A stretch of DNA of 48,613 bases from an uncultured Thermodesulfatator sp. (GTDB lineage Bacteria; Desulfobacterota; Thermodesulfobacteria; Thermodesulfobacteriales; Thermodesulfobacteriaceae): positions 1 to 48,613 of the forward strand of contig CAZZLG010000027.1 of NCBI GenBank assembly GCA_964654865.1, read 5' to 3'. Within the stretch, counting starts at the first letter, position 1. Every line of letters starts with the position of its first letter. A program made the position numbers and the translations under genes. Positions 20,330 to 30,914 of this stretch are shown here, in pieces. The notes beneath the pieces were generated by a model. It was given only the letters and a program-made list of their open reading frames with translations. It was not told the DNA's origin and did not search any database.

Positions 20330-23300
20330 AATTTATAATCAAGATAGGTATAATATTTTTGTAAAGGGGTAAAAGAAAAAGATTTTACTTTTAATCTTTT
20401 AATACTTTCTACCATAGCTCTTGCACAAGAAAGAGTGGTAGCATAGGGTATATCTAATTCCATATTGTATCTTCTTATAAGATAGGCATCATCTTTACTT
20501 TCTTTACCTTTCGCAGTATTAATAGCTAAAGCTATTTCTTTATTTTTTAATAAATCTAATATATTAGGTCTTACATGTTCAGATATTTTAGGAATTTCTG
20601 TTACTTCTATTCCAAAGGATTTTAAAAACTGAGCAGTTCCTTTAGTAGCAATTAATTTAAAACCAAGTTCTTTTAAAGTTTTAGCAATAGGAATTACCAA
20701 AGGTTTATCTTCATCTTTAACAGAGATAAAAACTTTTCCTTCAATTGGTAATTCCATTCCTGCAGCTAATTGAGCTTTAGCATAGGCTAAAGCAGGATCC
20801 CAATCTATACCCATTACCTCACCTGTAGATTTCATCTCAGGTCCCAGCATTACATCCACTTTAGGGAATCTCTTAAAAGGGAAAACTACTTCTTTTACTG
20901 AATAATAAGGAGGTATGATTTCTTTTGTAAATCCTATATCTTTTAAACTTTCTCCTATCATTATCCAGGTAGCAAGTTTTGCAAGAGGAACACCTATGGC
21001 TTTAGAAACAAAAGGAACAGTTCTTGAAGCTCTTGGATTTACTTCTAAAACATAAAGTTCATTATTTTTTATGGCATACTGTACATTAATAAGTCCTCTA
21101 ACTTCTAATTCCTTAGCTAAAAGTTTGGTCGCTTCTTTTATTTCATCTATTAACTCAGGAGGAATGTGTAAAGGAGGCAATATACATGCTGAATCTCCAG
21201 AGTGAATTCCTGCCTCTTCAATATGTTCCATTATACCTGCTACTATAACTGTCTCTCCATCTGAGATTGCATCAACATCAATTTCTATAGCATCTTCTAA
21301 AAATTTATCTATTAGAATTGGATATTCAGGATTAACCTTAACTGCGGTTTCAATAAAACTTTTAAGTTCTTCCTCTGTATAAACAATTCTCATTGCTCTA
21401 CCACCAAGTACATAAGAAGGTCGAACAAGTAGTGGATAACCTAATTTTTGAGCAACCCTAATAGCTTCATCAACACTATATGCAGTTCCTGCTTTTGGTC
21501 TTTTAAGTCCAAGTTTCTCTAAAAGCTTATCAAACTTTTCTCTATTCTCAGCTCTATCAATATTTTCTGGAGAGGTTCCAAGAATTTTTACTCCAGCTTT
21601 ATAAAGAGGCATAGCTAAATTTAAAGGAGTTTGTCCTCCAAATTGAACTATCACTCCTTCAGGATTTTCTTCTTCGTAAATATTTAATATATGTTCCAGG
21701 GTTAAGGGTTCAAAATAAAGTCTTGTAGAGATATCATAATCAGTTGAAACAGTTTCAGGATTTGAATTTACCATAATAGCCTCAATTCCGCGCTCTTTTA
21801 ATGCTAAGGAAGCATGAACACAACAATAATCAAATTCAATACCCTGCCCTATTCTATTTGGTCCTCCACCTATTATCAAAACTTTTCTATTTTTAGAAAC
21901 CCTTGATTCATTTTCTGTCTCCCAAGAAGAATAATAATAAGGTGTATATGCCTCAAATTCTGCAGCACAAGTATCTATTAATTTAAAAGTAGGTTTTATT
22001 CCTAAGGATTTTCTATATTCCCTTACCTTAGCCTCAGTTGTTCCTGTTAAAAAAGCTATTTGATAATCAGAAAAACCCATTTGTTTTAATTCTCTCATTT
22101 CCTCTTTGCTAATTTCTTCTAAAGATTTACCTTTTAAAGCCTCACTTTTATCAAAAATTTCCTTCAAATGATATAAAAACCAAGGATCAATGTAAGTTAA
22201 GTTGTAAATTTCTTCAACAGTAAATCCTGCTTTAAAGGCTTCTCTTATATAAAACAATCTTTGGCTATTAGGACGCACAAGCTTTTCTCTGATTAACTCC
22301 TTAGGTAAAATAATTCCTTGATCCGAAGGAGATTTACCATCAGCCCCAAAACCAAATCTACCAATTTCCAGTCCTCTAATAGCTTTCTGTAAGGCTTCTT
22401 TGAAAGTTCTACCTATAGCCATTGTTTCTCCAACTGATCTCATAGAAGTAGTTATCTCATCAGGACATTCTGGAAATTTCTCAAAAGTAAATCTCGGAAT
22501 TTTTACCACTACATAATCTATGGTTGGCTCAAAAGCTGCTTTTGTTTCTTTTGTTATATCATTTGGTAATTCATCTAAGGTATAACCTACAGCTAATTTA
22601 GCTGCTATTTTAGCAATAGGATAACCTGTAGCTTTACTTGCAAGAGCTGAAGATCGAGAAACCCTTGGATTCATCTCTATAACTACCATGTCTCCGTTTT
22701 TAGGATTTATAGCAAATTGAATATTGGAACCACCGGTTTCTACTCCGATTTCTCTGATTATAGCCTGTGCAGCAGTTCTCATTCTTTGATATTCTTTATC
22801 TGTAAGTGTTTGGGCAGGTGCAACAGTAATAGAATCTCCTGTGTGAATTCCCATAGGATCAAAGTTTTCAATAGAACAAATAATTACTACATTATCTTTA
22901 AAATCTCTCATTACTTCAAGTTCAAATTCTTTCCACCCAATAACTGATTCTTCAAGCATTACTTGATGGATTAAAGACATATCTAAACCCATTTCCACAA
23001 TTTCTCTTAATTCTTCAACATTATAAGCTACTCCTCCTCCTGTTCCACCAAGTGTAAAACTTGGTCTAATTATTATGGGAAATCCAACTTCCTTAACAAC
23101 TTTTTCTGCTTGAGAAACTGAATGCACAATTACACTTTTAGGCACTTTTAAACCAATATTTTCCATTGCTTTTTTGAAATGTTCTCTACTTTCTGCTTTT
23201 TCAATAGCGGATGCTTTTGCCCCTATAAGTTCAACTTTATATTTCTCAAGAACACCTTTTTTAGCTAAGGCAAAAGCTATATTAAGACCTGTTTGTCCAC

Positions 23301-23571
23301 CAAGTGTAGGAAGTAAAGCATCAGGACGTTCTTCCTTTATTATGTATTCTAAAGTCTCTGGAGTTAGAGGTTCTATATAAGTTCTATTAGCCATTTCTGG
23401 GTCTGTCATTATAGTTGCAGGATTAGAATTAACCAAAACAATTTCATAGCCCTCTTCTTTAAGTGCTTTACAAGCTTGACTTCCAGAATAATCAAATTCA
23501 CAAGCTTGTCCAATTATTATAGGACCAGAACCAATAATCAGAATTTTTTTTATGTCAGTCCTTTTAGGCAT
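20317..23571 (-). CDS. carB: Carbamoyl-phosphate synthase large subunit
   Basis: [17 protein letters not shown], two ATP-grasp repeats and a C-terminal MGS-like domain; 1084 aa. Confidence 0.98.
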   Translation of the reverse strand: MPKRTDIKKILIIGSGPIIIGQACEFDYSGSQACKALKEEGYEIVLVNSNPATIMTDPEMANRTYIEPLTPETLEYIIKEERPDALLPTLGGQTGLNIAFALAKKGVLEKYKVELIGAKASAIEKAESREHFKKAMENIGLKVPKSVIVHSVSQAEKVVKEVGFPIIIRPSFTLGGTGGGVAYNVEELREIVEMGLDMSLIHQVMLEESVIGWKEFELEVMRDFKDNVVIICSIENFDPMGIHTGDSITVAPAQTLTDKEYQRMRTAAQAIIREIGVETGGSNIQFAINPKNGDMVVIEMNPRVSRSSALASKATGYPIAKIAAKLAVGYTLDELPNDITKETKAAFEPTIDYVVVKIPRFTFEKFPECPDEITTSMRSVGETMAIGRTFKEALQKAIRGLEIGRFGFGADGKSPSDQGIILPKELIREKLVRPNSQRLFYIREAFKAGFTVEEIYNLTYIDPWFLYHLKEIFDKSEALKGKSLEEISKEEMRELKQMGFSDYQIAFLTGTTEAKVREYRKSLGIKPTFKLIDTCAAEFEAYTPYYYSSWETENESRVSKNRKVLIIGGGPNRIGQGIEFDYCCVHASLALKERGIEAIMVNSNPETVSTDYDISTRLYFEPLTLEHILNIYEEENPEGVIVQFGGQTPLNLAMPLYKAGVKILGTSPENIDRAENREKFDKLLEKLGLKRPKAGTAYSVDEAIRVAQKLGYPLLVRPSYVLGGRAMRIVYTEEELKSFIETAVKVNPEYPILIDKFLEDAIEIDVDAISDGETVIVAGIMEHIEEAGIHSGDSACILPPLHIPPELIDEIKEATKLLAKELEVRGLINVQYAIKNNELYVLEVNPRASRTVPFVSKAIGVPLAKLATWIMIGESLKDIGFTKEIIPPYYSVKEVVFPFKRFPKVDVMLGPEMKSTGEVMGIDWDPALAYAKAQLAAGMELPIEGKVFISVKDEDKPLVIPIAKTLKELGFKLIATKGTAQFLKSFGIEVTEIPKISEHVRPNILDLLKNKEIALAINTAKGKESKDDAYLIRRYNMELDIPYATTLSCARAMVESIKRLKVKSFSFTPLQKYYTYLDYKFYKM

Positions 23572-23629
23572 ATTTATTTTGTTTTATAACATTCTCTTTT
23601 GATTAAAAATCTAAAATTAATTAAAAAGA

Positions 23630-25450
23630 TTAAAGTTTTTCAAAAATTGGATAAATTTTAATTTTGGCTTTTTCTCTTAAAAGTTGATACCAGATCTTAA
23701 AGCTTATTTCTCTTTTTTCTCTTAAAAGATCAAAAAAAGCTTCTGAAATTTCATTTTCCTTTATTTCTCCCTCAAAAGGTAAAATATTTTGTATATAAAA
23801 GATCTTTAAAGTGTCTTTCTCCCAAAGAGGTTTTTCTATAAGTCCACTTTTACCCACATTATTTAGTTCTTGAGAAATTAAGGGAGAAAAAATTTCTCTT
23901 AATTCGTATCTATTTATTCTAAATTCCTTAGTATTGAACTCCCTAAAAATAGGATCATTTTGAGTTATTTTTTCTTTATTTTTTAAATCTGCAATAAGAC
24001 CCGCAGCTTTATTTTCGCAAAATTCTTTTCCTTTATCATTTAGGAAATCACTTTTAACTTTTTCTTTTACCTCTTCAAAAGAAAGGGTTCTTTCTGGTTT
24101 TTTATCTTTTATTTCAGCTAATAATATTCCTTGTGGGATATCTATAGGAGCAAAAAATTCTCCTTTAGGAGAATTGAAAACTTTTTGAGCAAGTTTAAAG
24201 TTATTAAATTTTTCACCTAATTCTTTTTGAGTAAGCCATTCAGTTTCATTTAAGGTGACATTTTCTTCTTTAGCCCAAAGGCTTAAGCTATTTGATTTAA
24301 CTATTTCTGCATAAATCTTATTTGCTTTTTCTTTTGTTTCATTAACTATTTTCTCTCTTTCTAAAAATTTACGAATTTCCGATTCTACTTCAGAGAGTTT
24401 CAAAACTCTTTGAGGTTGTATTTCTTCAACTCCTAAAATTAAGTATCCTGAAGGTGTTTTGAGAGGTCCAATAACATCTTTAGGATGAGAAGCTTTAATA
24501 AGTTCTCTAATTGTGTCTGGAAGAGCAGATTCTTCAAACCATTCACTTTTAATTTCTCCAAATTTTGAAAAGTCAGAAAAGGATTTTAATTCAGCTCTAA
24601 TAGCTTTAGCTTTTTCAAAAGCATCAGGTTGATCAGCAGAAATAAAAATTCTTTTTAATTTGACTCTTAAGGGGGTTCTAAATTTCTCTATATTTTCTTC
24701 ATAATATCTTTTAATTTCATCTTCCGTAACTTTCACTTTAGTTTCATAAGGAATAAAAAAATAACTAAGCTTAACTTTTTCTTCTTCCTTATAAATGTCT
24801 CTATGAGCAAGATAATATTTTTCAAGATCTTTCTCAGTAAAAGTTATTTTTTGCATACACTCTCTTAAAGGAAGATCAACTTCTAAAATTTCTAAAATTT
24901 GTTTATTATATTTAAGATATTCCTTTATTTCTTCTTCTGAAACAATGACAGGTGCAGTAAGAAGAAGTTTTAGCCTCTGATAAATCAGATCAGATTTAAT
25001 TAATTTTTCAAAAAATTCAGGAGAAATTCCAAGTTCTCTTAAGATATATTGGTATTTTGCAGGACTAAACTTTCCATTTTCTTGAAAAGAAGGTATCTGA
25101 GAAATAGCATAAGTAACTTCTACAGGAGTTATTTTTATTTTTAGTTTTTCAGCTTGATCTTCAAGAAGTTTTAATTTTATTAGTTCTTCCAAAACTTGTT
25201 CTTTTAATCTCAAAGTAGCTAAATCTTTGCTTGAAAGTTCTCCAAAAGCTTGTTTTAATCTTGAAATTTGGAAATTGTAATATTCTTGAAATTCTTTTAA
25301 GGTAATAGGGATTCCGTTAACCTTAGCTACAAGATTTTTTCTCTCTGAAGTAAAGTTCCCTATTCCCCAAAATATAAAAACAATAACGATAATTACAAGA
25401 AAAAGCTTGACATATAAAGAAGTTGCACCCTTTCTTAAGAATCTTAACAT
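23630..25450 (-). CDS. PpiD-like membrane-anchored periplasmic chaperone (SurA N-terminal plus parvulin-like domains)
   Basis: MLRFLRK N-terminus, single TM segment ending FIFWG, VAKVNG, IPSFQENGKF and GPLKTPSGY; about 600 aa. Confidence 0.8.
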   Translation of the reverse strand: MLRFLRKGATSLYVKLFLVIIVIVFIFWGIGNFTSERKNLVAKVNGIPITLKEFQEYYNFQISRLKQAFGELSSKDLATLRLKEQVLEELIKLKLLEDQAEKLKIKITPVEVTYAISQIPSFQENGKFSPAKYQYILRELGISPEFFEKLIKSDLIYQRLKLLLTAPVIVSEEEIKEYLKYNKQILEILEVDLPLRECMQKITFTEKDLEKYYLAHRDIYKEEEKVKLSYFFIPYETKVKVTEDEIKRYYEENIEKFRTPLRVKLKRIFISADQPDAFEKAKAIRAELKSFSDFSKFGEIKSEWFEESALPDTIRELIKASHPKDVIGPLKTPSGYLILGVEEIQPQRVLKLSEVESEIRKFLEREKIVNETKEKANKIYAEIVKSNSLSLWAKEENVTLNETEWLTQKELGEKFNNFKLAQKVFNSPKGEFFAPIDIPQGILLAEIKDKKPERTLSFEEVKEKVKSDFLNDKGKEFCENKAAGLIADLKNKEKITQNDPIFREFNTKEFRINRYELREIFSPLISQELNNVGKSGLIEKPLWEKDTLKIFYIQNILPFEGEIKENEISEAFFDLLREKREISFKIWYQLLREKAKIKIYPIFEKL

Positions 25451-25476
25451 AAAAAATTACCTTTTAAGTTTTTCTA

Positions 25477-25504
25477 AATATAACAAAAAGATATTAATTG
25501 TCAA
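25477..25504 (-). promoter_or_regulatory. Putative sigma70 promoter for ppiD-like gene (possibly also carB)
   Basis: Minus-strand TTGACA (25504-25499) - 16 nt - TATATT (25482-25477), preceded by TGn. Confidence 0.6.
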
Positions 25505-25616
25505 AAAAATTTGTTAAAACATTTTTAATGACTTCTGAGTTCTAAAAAATTTTAAAATCCTATGTATTAATTCCTCCTTCAACTTCTTAAGTTTATGAAA
25601 TTTCCAAAATTATTTT

Positions 25617-25927
25617 TTATTTTAAATTGCTCTCAATTAAATTTATATACTCGTTTATAATTTTTTAATTTTCATGTTTTTCTACAATTAATTTTCTTCC
25701 AGCTCCACCCATCTGCTTTCTTTCTGCCTCAGTATACTGTAGCATCCTTTTCATGGCATAATAAAAATTTTTTATATCTTTTAGCTTTATAAGAAGTCGT
25801 TTATTTCATCATGGCAAACATTTTGCAACCTGAAGCATCGTTAGTAATAAAGGGTTTCCTCATAACCATAGCTTCAAGCAAAACTTTTGGCACCTTCCTT
25901 ATAAGAAGGCAAAACCACACAATCTAT
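25617..25927 (-). pseudogene. Remnant of a GT4 glycosyltransferase C-terminal domain
   Basis: Manual minus-strand translation across frameshifts gives DCVVLPSYKEG/PKVLLEAMVMRKPFITNDASGC/.../YAMKRMLQYTEAERKQMGGAGRKLIVEKHEN*KIINEYINLI, matching the GT4 motif PS..EG.P.VLLEAMA.GKP.I.TD..GC. Confidence 0.85.
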
Positions 25928-26130
25928 TTTAATCCAATTTTTTGAAAGTTTTTCAGAAATAATTAAAATGTCTATATTACTATAGGTGTCCAATCACCTT
26001 TAACAATTGAACCAAAAATTATAACTCTTGCTTTTGAACCTAAAAACTTTTGGCTATTTTTTATCTTTTCCTCCACTCTAAGTAATTTTCAAATTACTCT
26101 TTTATTTCTTCCCAATTTTTCTATTAAACA
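25928..26130 (-). pseudogene. Remnant of a minimal nucleotidyltransferase (MNT) gene
   Basis: Minus strand reads FENYLEW/KIKNSQKFLGSKARVIIFGSIVKGDWTP/SNIDILIISEKLSKNW, i.e. the hFGS-x-x-KG...SDhDh motif with a frameshift and a D-to-N change. The 5' boundary is approximate. Confidence 0.75.
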
Positions 26131-26235
26131 CTTTAGAAAAATATACCGATTATTATTATAGCTTTGTAATTTTTGCCGGGAAGGTAATATTGCTATGATT
26201 TGTTAAAATAAAATTTTTAATTATAATAATTTGCA

Positions 26236-26901
26236 ATGGCTTTAATAACCTTACAAAATATAAGTAAAATTTATCCTCCCTTTTTTAAGGCTTTAATAAA
26301 TATTAATTTAGAGATTTATAAGGGGGATTTTATAATTCTTACAGGTCCTACAGGGGCAGGTAAAACAACTTTACTTAAACTTATATATAGAGAAGAAAGA
26401 CCTACCTCAGGTGAAATATTTTATGAAAATATTCCCTATTCTAAATTTAAATCTAAAGACCTAAGTCTTTTCAGACAAAATTTAGGAATTATTTTTCAGG
26501 ATTATAAACTTTTTCCAGAATTAACAGTTTATGAAAATATTAAGATTTCCTTAGTTCTTTCTAAAAAATTTGCTAAAGATGCAAAACTTCTTATTTATGA
26601 ATATCTGGAAAGATTTAATATTTCTCAAAAAGCTCAGAAAAAAGTAAAAGAGCTCTCTGGGGGAGAGCAACAAAAGGTAGGTATTATCAGAGCCATTATA
26701 AGAGACCCAGAAATTTTAATAGCTGATGAGCCAACCGGAAACTTAGATCCAGCAAGTATAAATGAGATACTGGAGATTTTTAAAGATTTTAACAGAGAGG
26801 GGAAAACTGTTATCCTTGCCAGTCACGACCCTGTTATTTTAAATCATAATTTAGGAAAAATTGTTAGACTTAATAGAGGTGAATTAGTAGAGGATGTTTA
26901 G
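26236..26901 (+). CDS. ftsE: Cell division ATP-binding protein FtsE
   Basis: GPTGAGKT, IFQDYKL, LSGGEQQ and ADEPTGNLD motifs; followed by an FtsX-like gene. Confidence 0.88.
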   Translation: MALITLQNISKIYPPFFKALININLEIYKGDFIILTGPTGAGKTTLLKLIYREERPTSGEIFYENIPYSKFKSKDLSLFRQNLGIIFQDYKLFPELTVYENIKISLVLSKKFAKDAKLLIYEYLERFNISQKAQKKVKELSGGEQQKVGIIRAIIRDPEILIADEPTGNLDPASINEILEIFKDFNREGKTVILASHDPVILNHNLGKIVRLNRGELVEDV

Positions 26902-27760
26902 GTATTTAAGTAAAATTGAGCTAAAACAAAGCCTTTTTTACTATCTTTTTCTTTTTCTTTTTTTCTTTTTCTGGAATCTTTTTTCCTTATTTATTGTTTT
27001 CTTTTATTTAAATATTCAAAATCTTTTGCAAACTTATGAAGACAAAATGCCCATAAATTTACTTATTTTTTCTGAGAACAATCCACTAAATATTTTAAAC
27101 TTATCTTCAGAAATTAAAAAAATTTCTTATGTTAAAAATATAGTGGTAATTTCTCCAGAGGAATTATTAGAAAAATCAAAAAAAGATCTTTCTCCTGAAA
27201 TATTAAAAATTTTTTCTAAAGAGGAGTTAAAATCTCAATTTCCATATATTCTTAAAATTTATCCTACTTCTATAAAAGATTTTCCTAACTTAAAAGCTCA
27301 ACTTAATCTTTTAACTAAAACGAATTCAAATATAGAAATTTCAGAACCTGGATTTTTTAAGTTAATATATTTTGCTTATTTTTTTAAACTTGGATTTTTA
27401 GTCCTTGCTATAACATGGGCTTTATTCTATTTAATTTTTCTTTATTTTTTAAATACTTTAATAAATTCTTACTTAAAAAGCCAAACCCAAATATTCCTTC
27501 TTTTAGGAGGAACCCTAAAAAAGTTTAAGTTTTTGAGATTTCTTTTTGTTGGGTTAGTTTTAATTGTAGCTTTTATATATTCAGCCTTTGTATATTTTTA
27601 CATTTCAGATAGTATATCATCTATACTTCCTCTTTTTAAAACCTATCCTGATTTTTCCCAAGAATATCACCTTTTTTATTTCGGGATTTATATATTTTTA
27701 ACTGTATTTTTCCTTCCCTGGTTAACTATAATTATAAGTTACAAAAAATATGAAATTTAA
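26894..27760 (+). CDS. ftsX: FtsX-like permease (divergent)
   Basis: Four hydrophobic segments with a large loop after TM1; LLGG motif; start overlaps ftsE. Confidence 0.7.
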   Translation: MFRYLSKIELKQSLFYYLFLFLFFFFWNLFSLFIVFFYLNIQNLLQTYEDKMPINLLIFSENNPLNILNLSSEIKKISYVKNIVVISPEELLEKSKKDLSPEILKIFSKEELKSQFPYILKIYPTSIKDFPNLKAQLNLLTKTNSNIEISEPGFFKLIYFAYFFKLGFLVLAITWALFYLIFLYFLNTLINSYLKSQTQIFLLLGGTLKKFKFLRFLFVGLVLIVAFIYSAFVYFYISDSISSILPLFKTYPDFSQEYHLFYFGIYIFLTVFFLPWLTIIISYKKYEI

Positions 27761-28466
27761 GCTATTTTTTTTAATACCCATAGTTTTTATTTTTTTTAAT
27801 TTAAGTATTTCTCAAGCCATTAAAAGAGGTACAAATCAAAAGGTTGAAGATAAAAAAGATCAATTAATTCAGCTGGAAAAAAAGAAAGAATTATTAAAAA
27901 CCGATAAGGAAAAATTTCTTAAGTTGTACATAACTTTTTATATAAAAAGACTTTATAATACAAGTTCTTCTGAATTTTTTAAAAGTCCAGATTATTTAAC
28001 ACTCTTAAATGAAGAGGAAAGATTTAAATTTGTAGAAAAGGCTTTAATAAGAAAGTTAATTGATGTTGAGAAAGAAGAGAAAGCTACAGAACTTGCTTAT
28101 AATAAAATTTTAAAGGAGATAAAAGAGTTAGAGAGAAAAAAAATAAAGGTTAAGCCGGTGTATGCAGTAAGTCCTTTAAATGGAGAACCTATAGAGCTTG
28201 GGAATCATATTCTAAAAGCAAAAGGGCCTCTTTCTATTGTAGCACCAATTGCTGGCATTATTAAAGGTATAGGTTATAAACAAGGAAGTATCCATATAAT
28301 TATAGAAAATGAACGTTGTAAAACTGCAATTTCAGGACTTGATGAAGTTGTTGTTAATGTGGGAGAAACTGTTTTAAGAAACCAGATAATTGGGAATATA
28401 AAAGGTGAGAAAAATTTGTCTTTCTCCGTAAATTGTGAAAAATCTCTTTCTTCAAGTTCTTTATAG
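27750..28466 (+). CDS. EnvC-like coiled-coil protein with degenerate M23-like domain
   Basis: Signal peptide, charged coiled coil, and a C-terminal beta-rich segment (IVAPIAG...VNVGETVLRNQIIG) without M23 zinc ligands; downstream of ftsEX. Confidence 0.6.
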   Translation: MKFKLFFLIPIVFIFFNLSISQAIKRGTNQKVEDKKDQLIQLEKKKELLKTDKEKFLKLYITFYIKRLYNTSSSEFFKSPDYLTLLNEEERFKFVEKALIRKLIDVEKEEKATELAYNKILKEIKELERKKIKVKPVYAVSPLNGEPIELGNHILKAKGPLSIVAPIAGIIKGIGYKQGSIHIIIENERCKTAISGLDEVVVNVGETVLRNQIIGNIKGEKNLSFSVNCEKSLSSSSL

Positions 28467-28922
28467 ATTTTTTAGAACTTTTGGCTCTAAGTAAGAAAAA
28501 AGCTTACCAGCTAAATAAAGACCACAGCCAAGTATCCAGTGTTTATTTTTTAAAATTACGTAACCTGGTTCTAAATCAAGTTCTATTTCAACTTTATTTC
28601 TTTCTTTAAGGGTAGAAATAACCTCCTCTGAAAGTGAAACTATATTTTTTTTAGCCAAATAACCAAATCTTTGGAGAAAAGCTGAGGTTGGTTTTAAATA
28701 CTTGGAAACCTGTCTTAAAAATAAAAGTCCTACTGTTTGAACTTGAAGATCTTTAAGTTTTTCTAAATAGGGAGTCTTTGGGAAAAGCCAAAAATTAGAA
28801 ACTCCTCTTAAAATTTCATATTTCTCAAAATAAAAAGGTTCTATACCAAATCTATCTTCTAAATACTTAAGAATTTCTTCTCTTTCTTTTTCTGAAGCTT
28901 TTTGAGGAAATCTTGTTTCCAT
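28461..28922 (-). CDS. Hypothetical protein resembling the RsmF/NOL1 C-terminal (PUA-like) module
   Basis: YLEDRFGI...GLLFLR...KPTSAFLQ...GYVIL...LGCG pattern recalled from stand-alone RsmF C-terminal proteins. Confidence 0.55.
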   Translation of the reverse strand: METRFPQKASEKEREEILKYLEDRFGIEPFYFEKYEILRGVSNFWLFPKTPYLEKLKDLQVQTVGLLFLRQVSKYLKPTSAFLQRFGYLAKKNIVSLSEEVISTLKERNKVEIELDLEPGYVILKNKHWILGCGLYLAGKLFSYLEPKVLKNL

Positions 28923-29012
28923 TTGGTTTGTCTTATATTTTATCTAAAAATCTTGTTTTTGGCAAAATGTATTATAAAATTTAAGCATTTAAAGTTTATA
29001 AAAGGAGGAACT

Positions 29013-30068
29013 ATGGAAACAGCAGAGAAATATAAGTCTGCTGGTGTGGACTTAGAAAAAGCAAATCTCTTGGTAGAAGTTGTAAAAAAATTTACCACTA
29101 ATCTTCCTCAAAAAGGGGTTATATCAGAAATTGGTGGGTTTTCCGGTTTTTTTTCCTTGGATATTTCTTCTTATAAAAATCCTATAATCACAGCTTCAAC
29201 AGATGGAGTAGGTACAAAAATTAAAGTAGCAATTAAAGCCAATAAACATAAAGGAATTGGAATAGATCTTGTTGCTATGTGTGTAAATGATATTATCACT
29301 TCCGGGGCAAAACCTTTATTTTTCTTAGATTATTTAGCCTTTGGTAAATTTAACGAAAGGGTTTTTTCAGAATTAATAGAAGGAATTGTTGAGGGGTGTA
29401 AAATTTCTGAGTGTGCGCTTTTAGGTGGAGAAACTGCTGAAATGCCAGGAATGTATGCAGAAGAAGAATATGATTGTGCTGGCTTTGTTGTAGGCATCGT
29501 AGAAAGAGATAAAATTATAGATGGATCTAACATTTCTATAGGAGATATACTTTTAGGAATACCCTCAAGTGGACTTCACAGTAATGGTTTTTCTTTAGTT
29601 AGAAAGATCTTGTTTGAAGAAAACAATTTTAGTTTGGATTATATTCCTGAAGAATTAGGAAACCCTCTCGGGGAAGAGATTTTAACTCCTACTAAAATTT
29701 ATGTTCCCTTCATTAAAACTATTCTCAGCAGAAATCTTCCTATAAAAGGATGTGTTCACATTACAGGTGGAGGGTTTATTGATAACATACCAAGAGTATT
29801 ACCTAAAAATTGTAAAGCAGTTATTGAAAAGGGTTCATGGGAAATACTACCTATTTTTGGTTTTATTCAAAAATTAGGAAATGTTTCTGAAGAGGAGATG
29901 TTTAGAGTTTTTAATTGCGGAATAGGTTTTATTTTGATAATAAGCGAAGATGTATTAGAAGAAATTAAAAACCTTATTTTTGCCCTTGGCGAAAAATGTT
30001 ATGTTATCGGTTATATTGATAAAAGAGATGAAAAAGAAAAACAAGTAGTTTTTGTTGAGAAAGAGTAG
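29013..30068 (+). CDS. purM: Phosphoribosylformylglycinamidine cyclo-ligase (AIR synthetase)
   Basis: YKSAGVD, STDGVGTK, GGETAEMP, SSGLHSNG, HITGGG and FNCGIG motifs; ATG 29013 follows SD AGGAGG. Confidence 0.96.
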   Translation: METAEKYKSAGVDLEKANLLVEVVKKFTTNLPQKGVISEIGGFSGFFSLDISSYKNPIITASTDGVGTKIKVAIKANKHKGIGIDLVAMCVNDIITSGAKPLFFLDYLAFGKFNERVFSELIEGIVEGCKISECALLGGETAEMPGMYAEEEYDCAGFVVGIVERDKIIDGSNISIGDILLGIPSSGLHSNGFSLVRKILFEENNFSLDYIPEELGNPLGEEILTPTKIYVPFIKTILSRNLPIKGCVHITGGGFIDNIPRVLPKNCKAVIEKGSWEILPIFGFIQKLGNVSEEEMFRVFNCGIGFILIISEDVLEEIKNLIFALGEKCYVIGYIDKRDEKEKQVVFVEKE

Positions 30069-30914
30069 ATGTATTTTCAAGACGTCATAGCAACTCTTAA
30101 TAAATTCTGGGCAGAAAAAGGGTGTGTAATTTTACAGCCCTACGATATGGAAGTAGGAGCTGGAACTTTTCATCCTGCTACCTTTTTGAGAGCCCTTGGT
30201 CCAAAACCTTTTTCAGCAGCATACGTAGAACCTTGTAGAAGACCTACAGACGGAAGATATGGAGAAAATCCAAATAGACTTCAACACTATTATCAGTATC
30301 AGGTGATTATAAAACCCTCTCCAGATGATATTCAGGATATTTATTTAGAAAGTTTAAAAGCCCTCGGTATAGATCCTAAAGAACATGATATAAGATTTGT
30401 AGAAGATGACTGGGAATCTCCTACCCTTGGAGCTTGGGGACTTGGATGGGAAGTTTGGCTCGATGGAATGGAAATTACTCAATTTACCTATTTTCAACAA
30501 ATTGGAGGATTTGATTGCAATCCAGTTACAGTAGAGATTACTTACGGACTTGAAAGAATTACTATGTATCTCCAAGAAGTGGAAAATGTATTTGATATAA
30601 AATGGAACGAAAATATAACCTACGGAGATATTCATTTTAGAGGAGAAGTAGAATTTTCCATTTATAATTTTGAAGAAGCAGATGTTTCTCTTTTAAAGGA
30701 TCTTTTTAATAAATTTGAAAAGGAAGCAAATAGACTTTTAAACCGTGGACTTGTTTTACCCGGATATGACTGTGTTATAAAATGTTCACATATTTTCAAT
30801 CTTCTTGACGCAAGAGGGGTTCTTTCTCCTATAGAAAGAGCTAATTATATAGGTAGAGTAAGAAGTATAGCTAAAAAAACAGCTGAAAAATGGCTTGAAA
30901 CCGAAGGACATTAA
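30069..30914 (+). CDS. glyQ: Glycine-tRNA ligase alpha subunit
   Basis: [31 protein letters not shown] and EITYGLER motifs. Confidence 0.98.
   Translation: MYFQDVIATLNKFWAEKGCVILQPYDMEVGAGTFHPATFLRALGPKPFSAAYVEPCRRPTDGRYGENPNRLQHYYQYQVIIKPSPDDIQDIYLESLKALGIDPKEHDIRFVEDDWESPTLGAWGLGWEVWLDGMEITQFTYFQQIGGFDCNPVTVEITYGLERITMYLQEVENVFDIKWNENITYGDIHFRGEVEFSIYNFEEADVSLLKDLFNKFEKEANRLLNRGLVLPGYDCVIKCSHIFNLLDARGVLSPIERANYIGRVRSIAKKTAEKWLETEGH

Noticed and set aside
26130-26200. Possible HEPN gene remnant upstream of the MNT fragment
   Set aside because: No convincing R-x4-6-H or RY motif in any frame; too short and degraded to call.
26930-27010. T-rich low-complexity tract in ftsX (CTTTTT repeats) as a phase-variation site
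   Set aside because: It encodes a Phe/Leu-rich transmembrane helix in an intact frame.
28902-29012. N-terminal extension of purM in the ORF track
   Set aside because: It overlaps the divergent gene and promoter region; a strong AGGAGG precedes ATG 29013.
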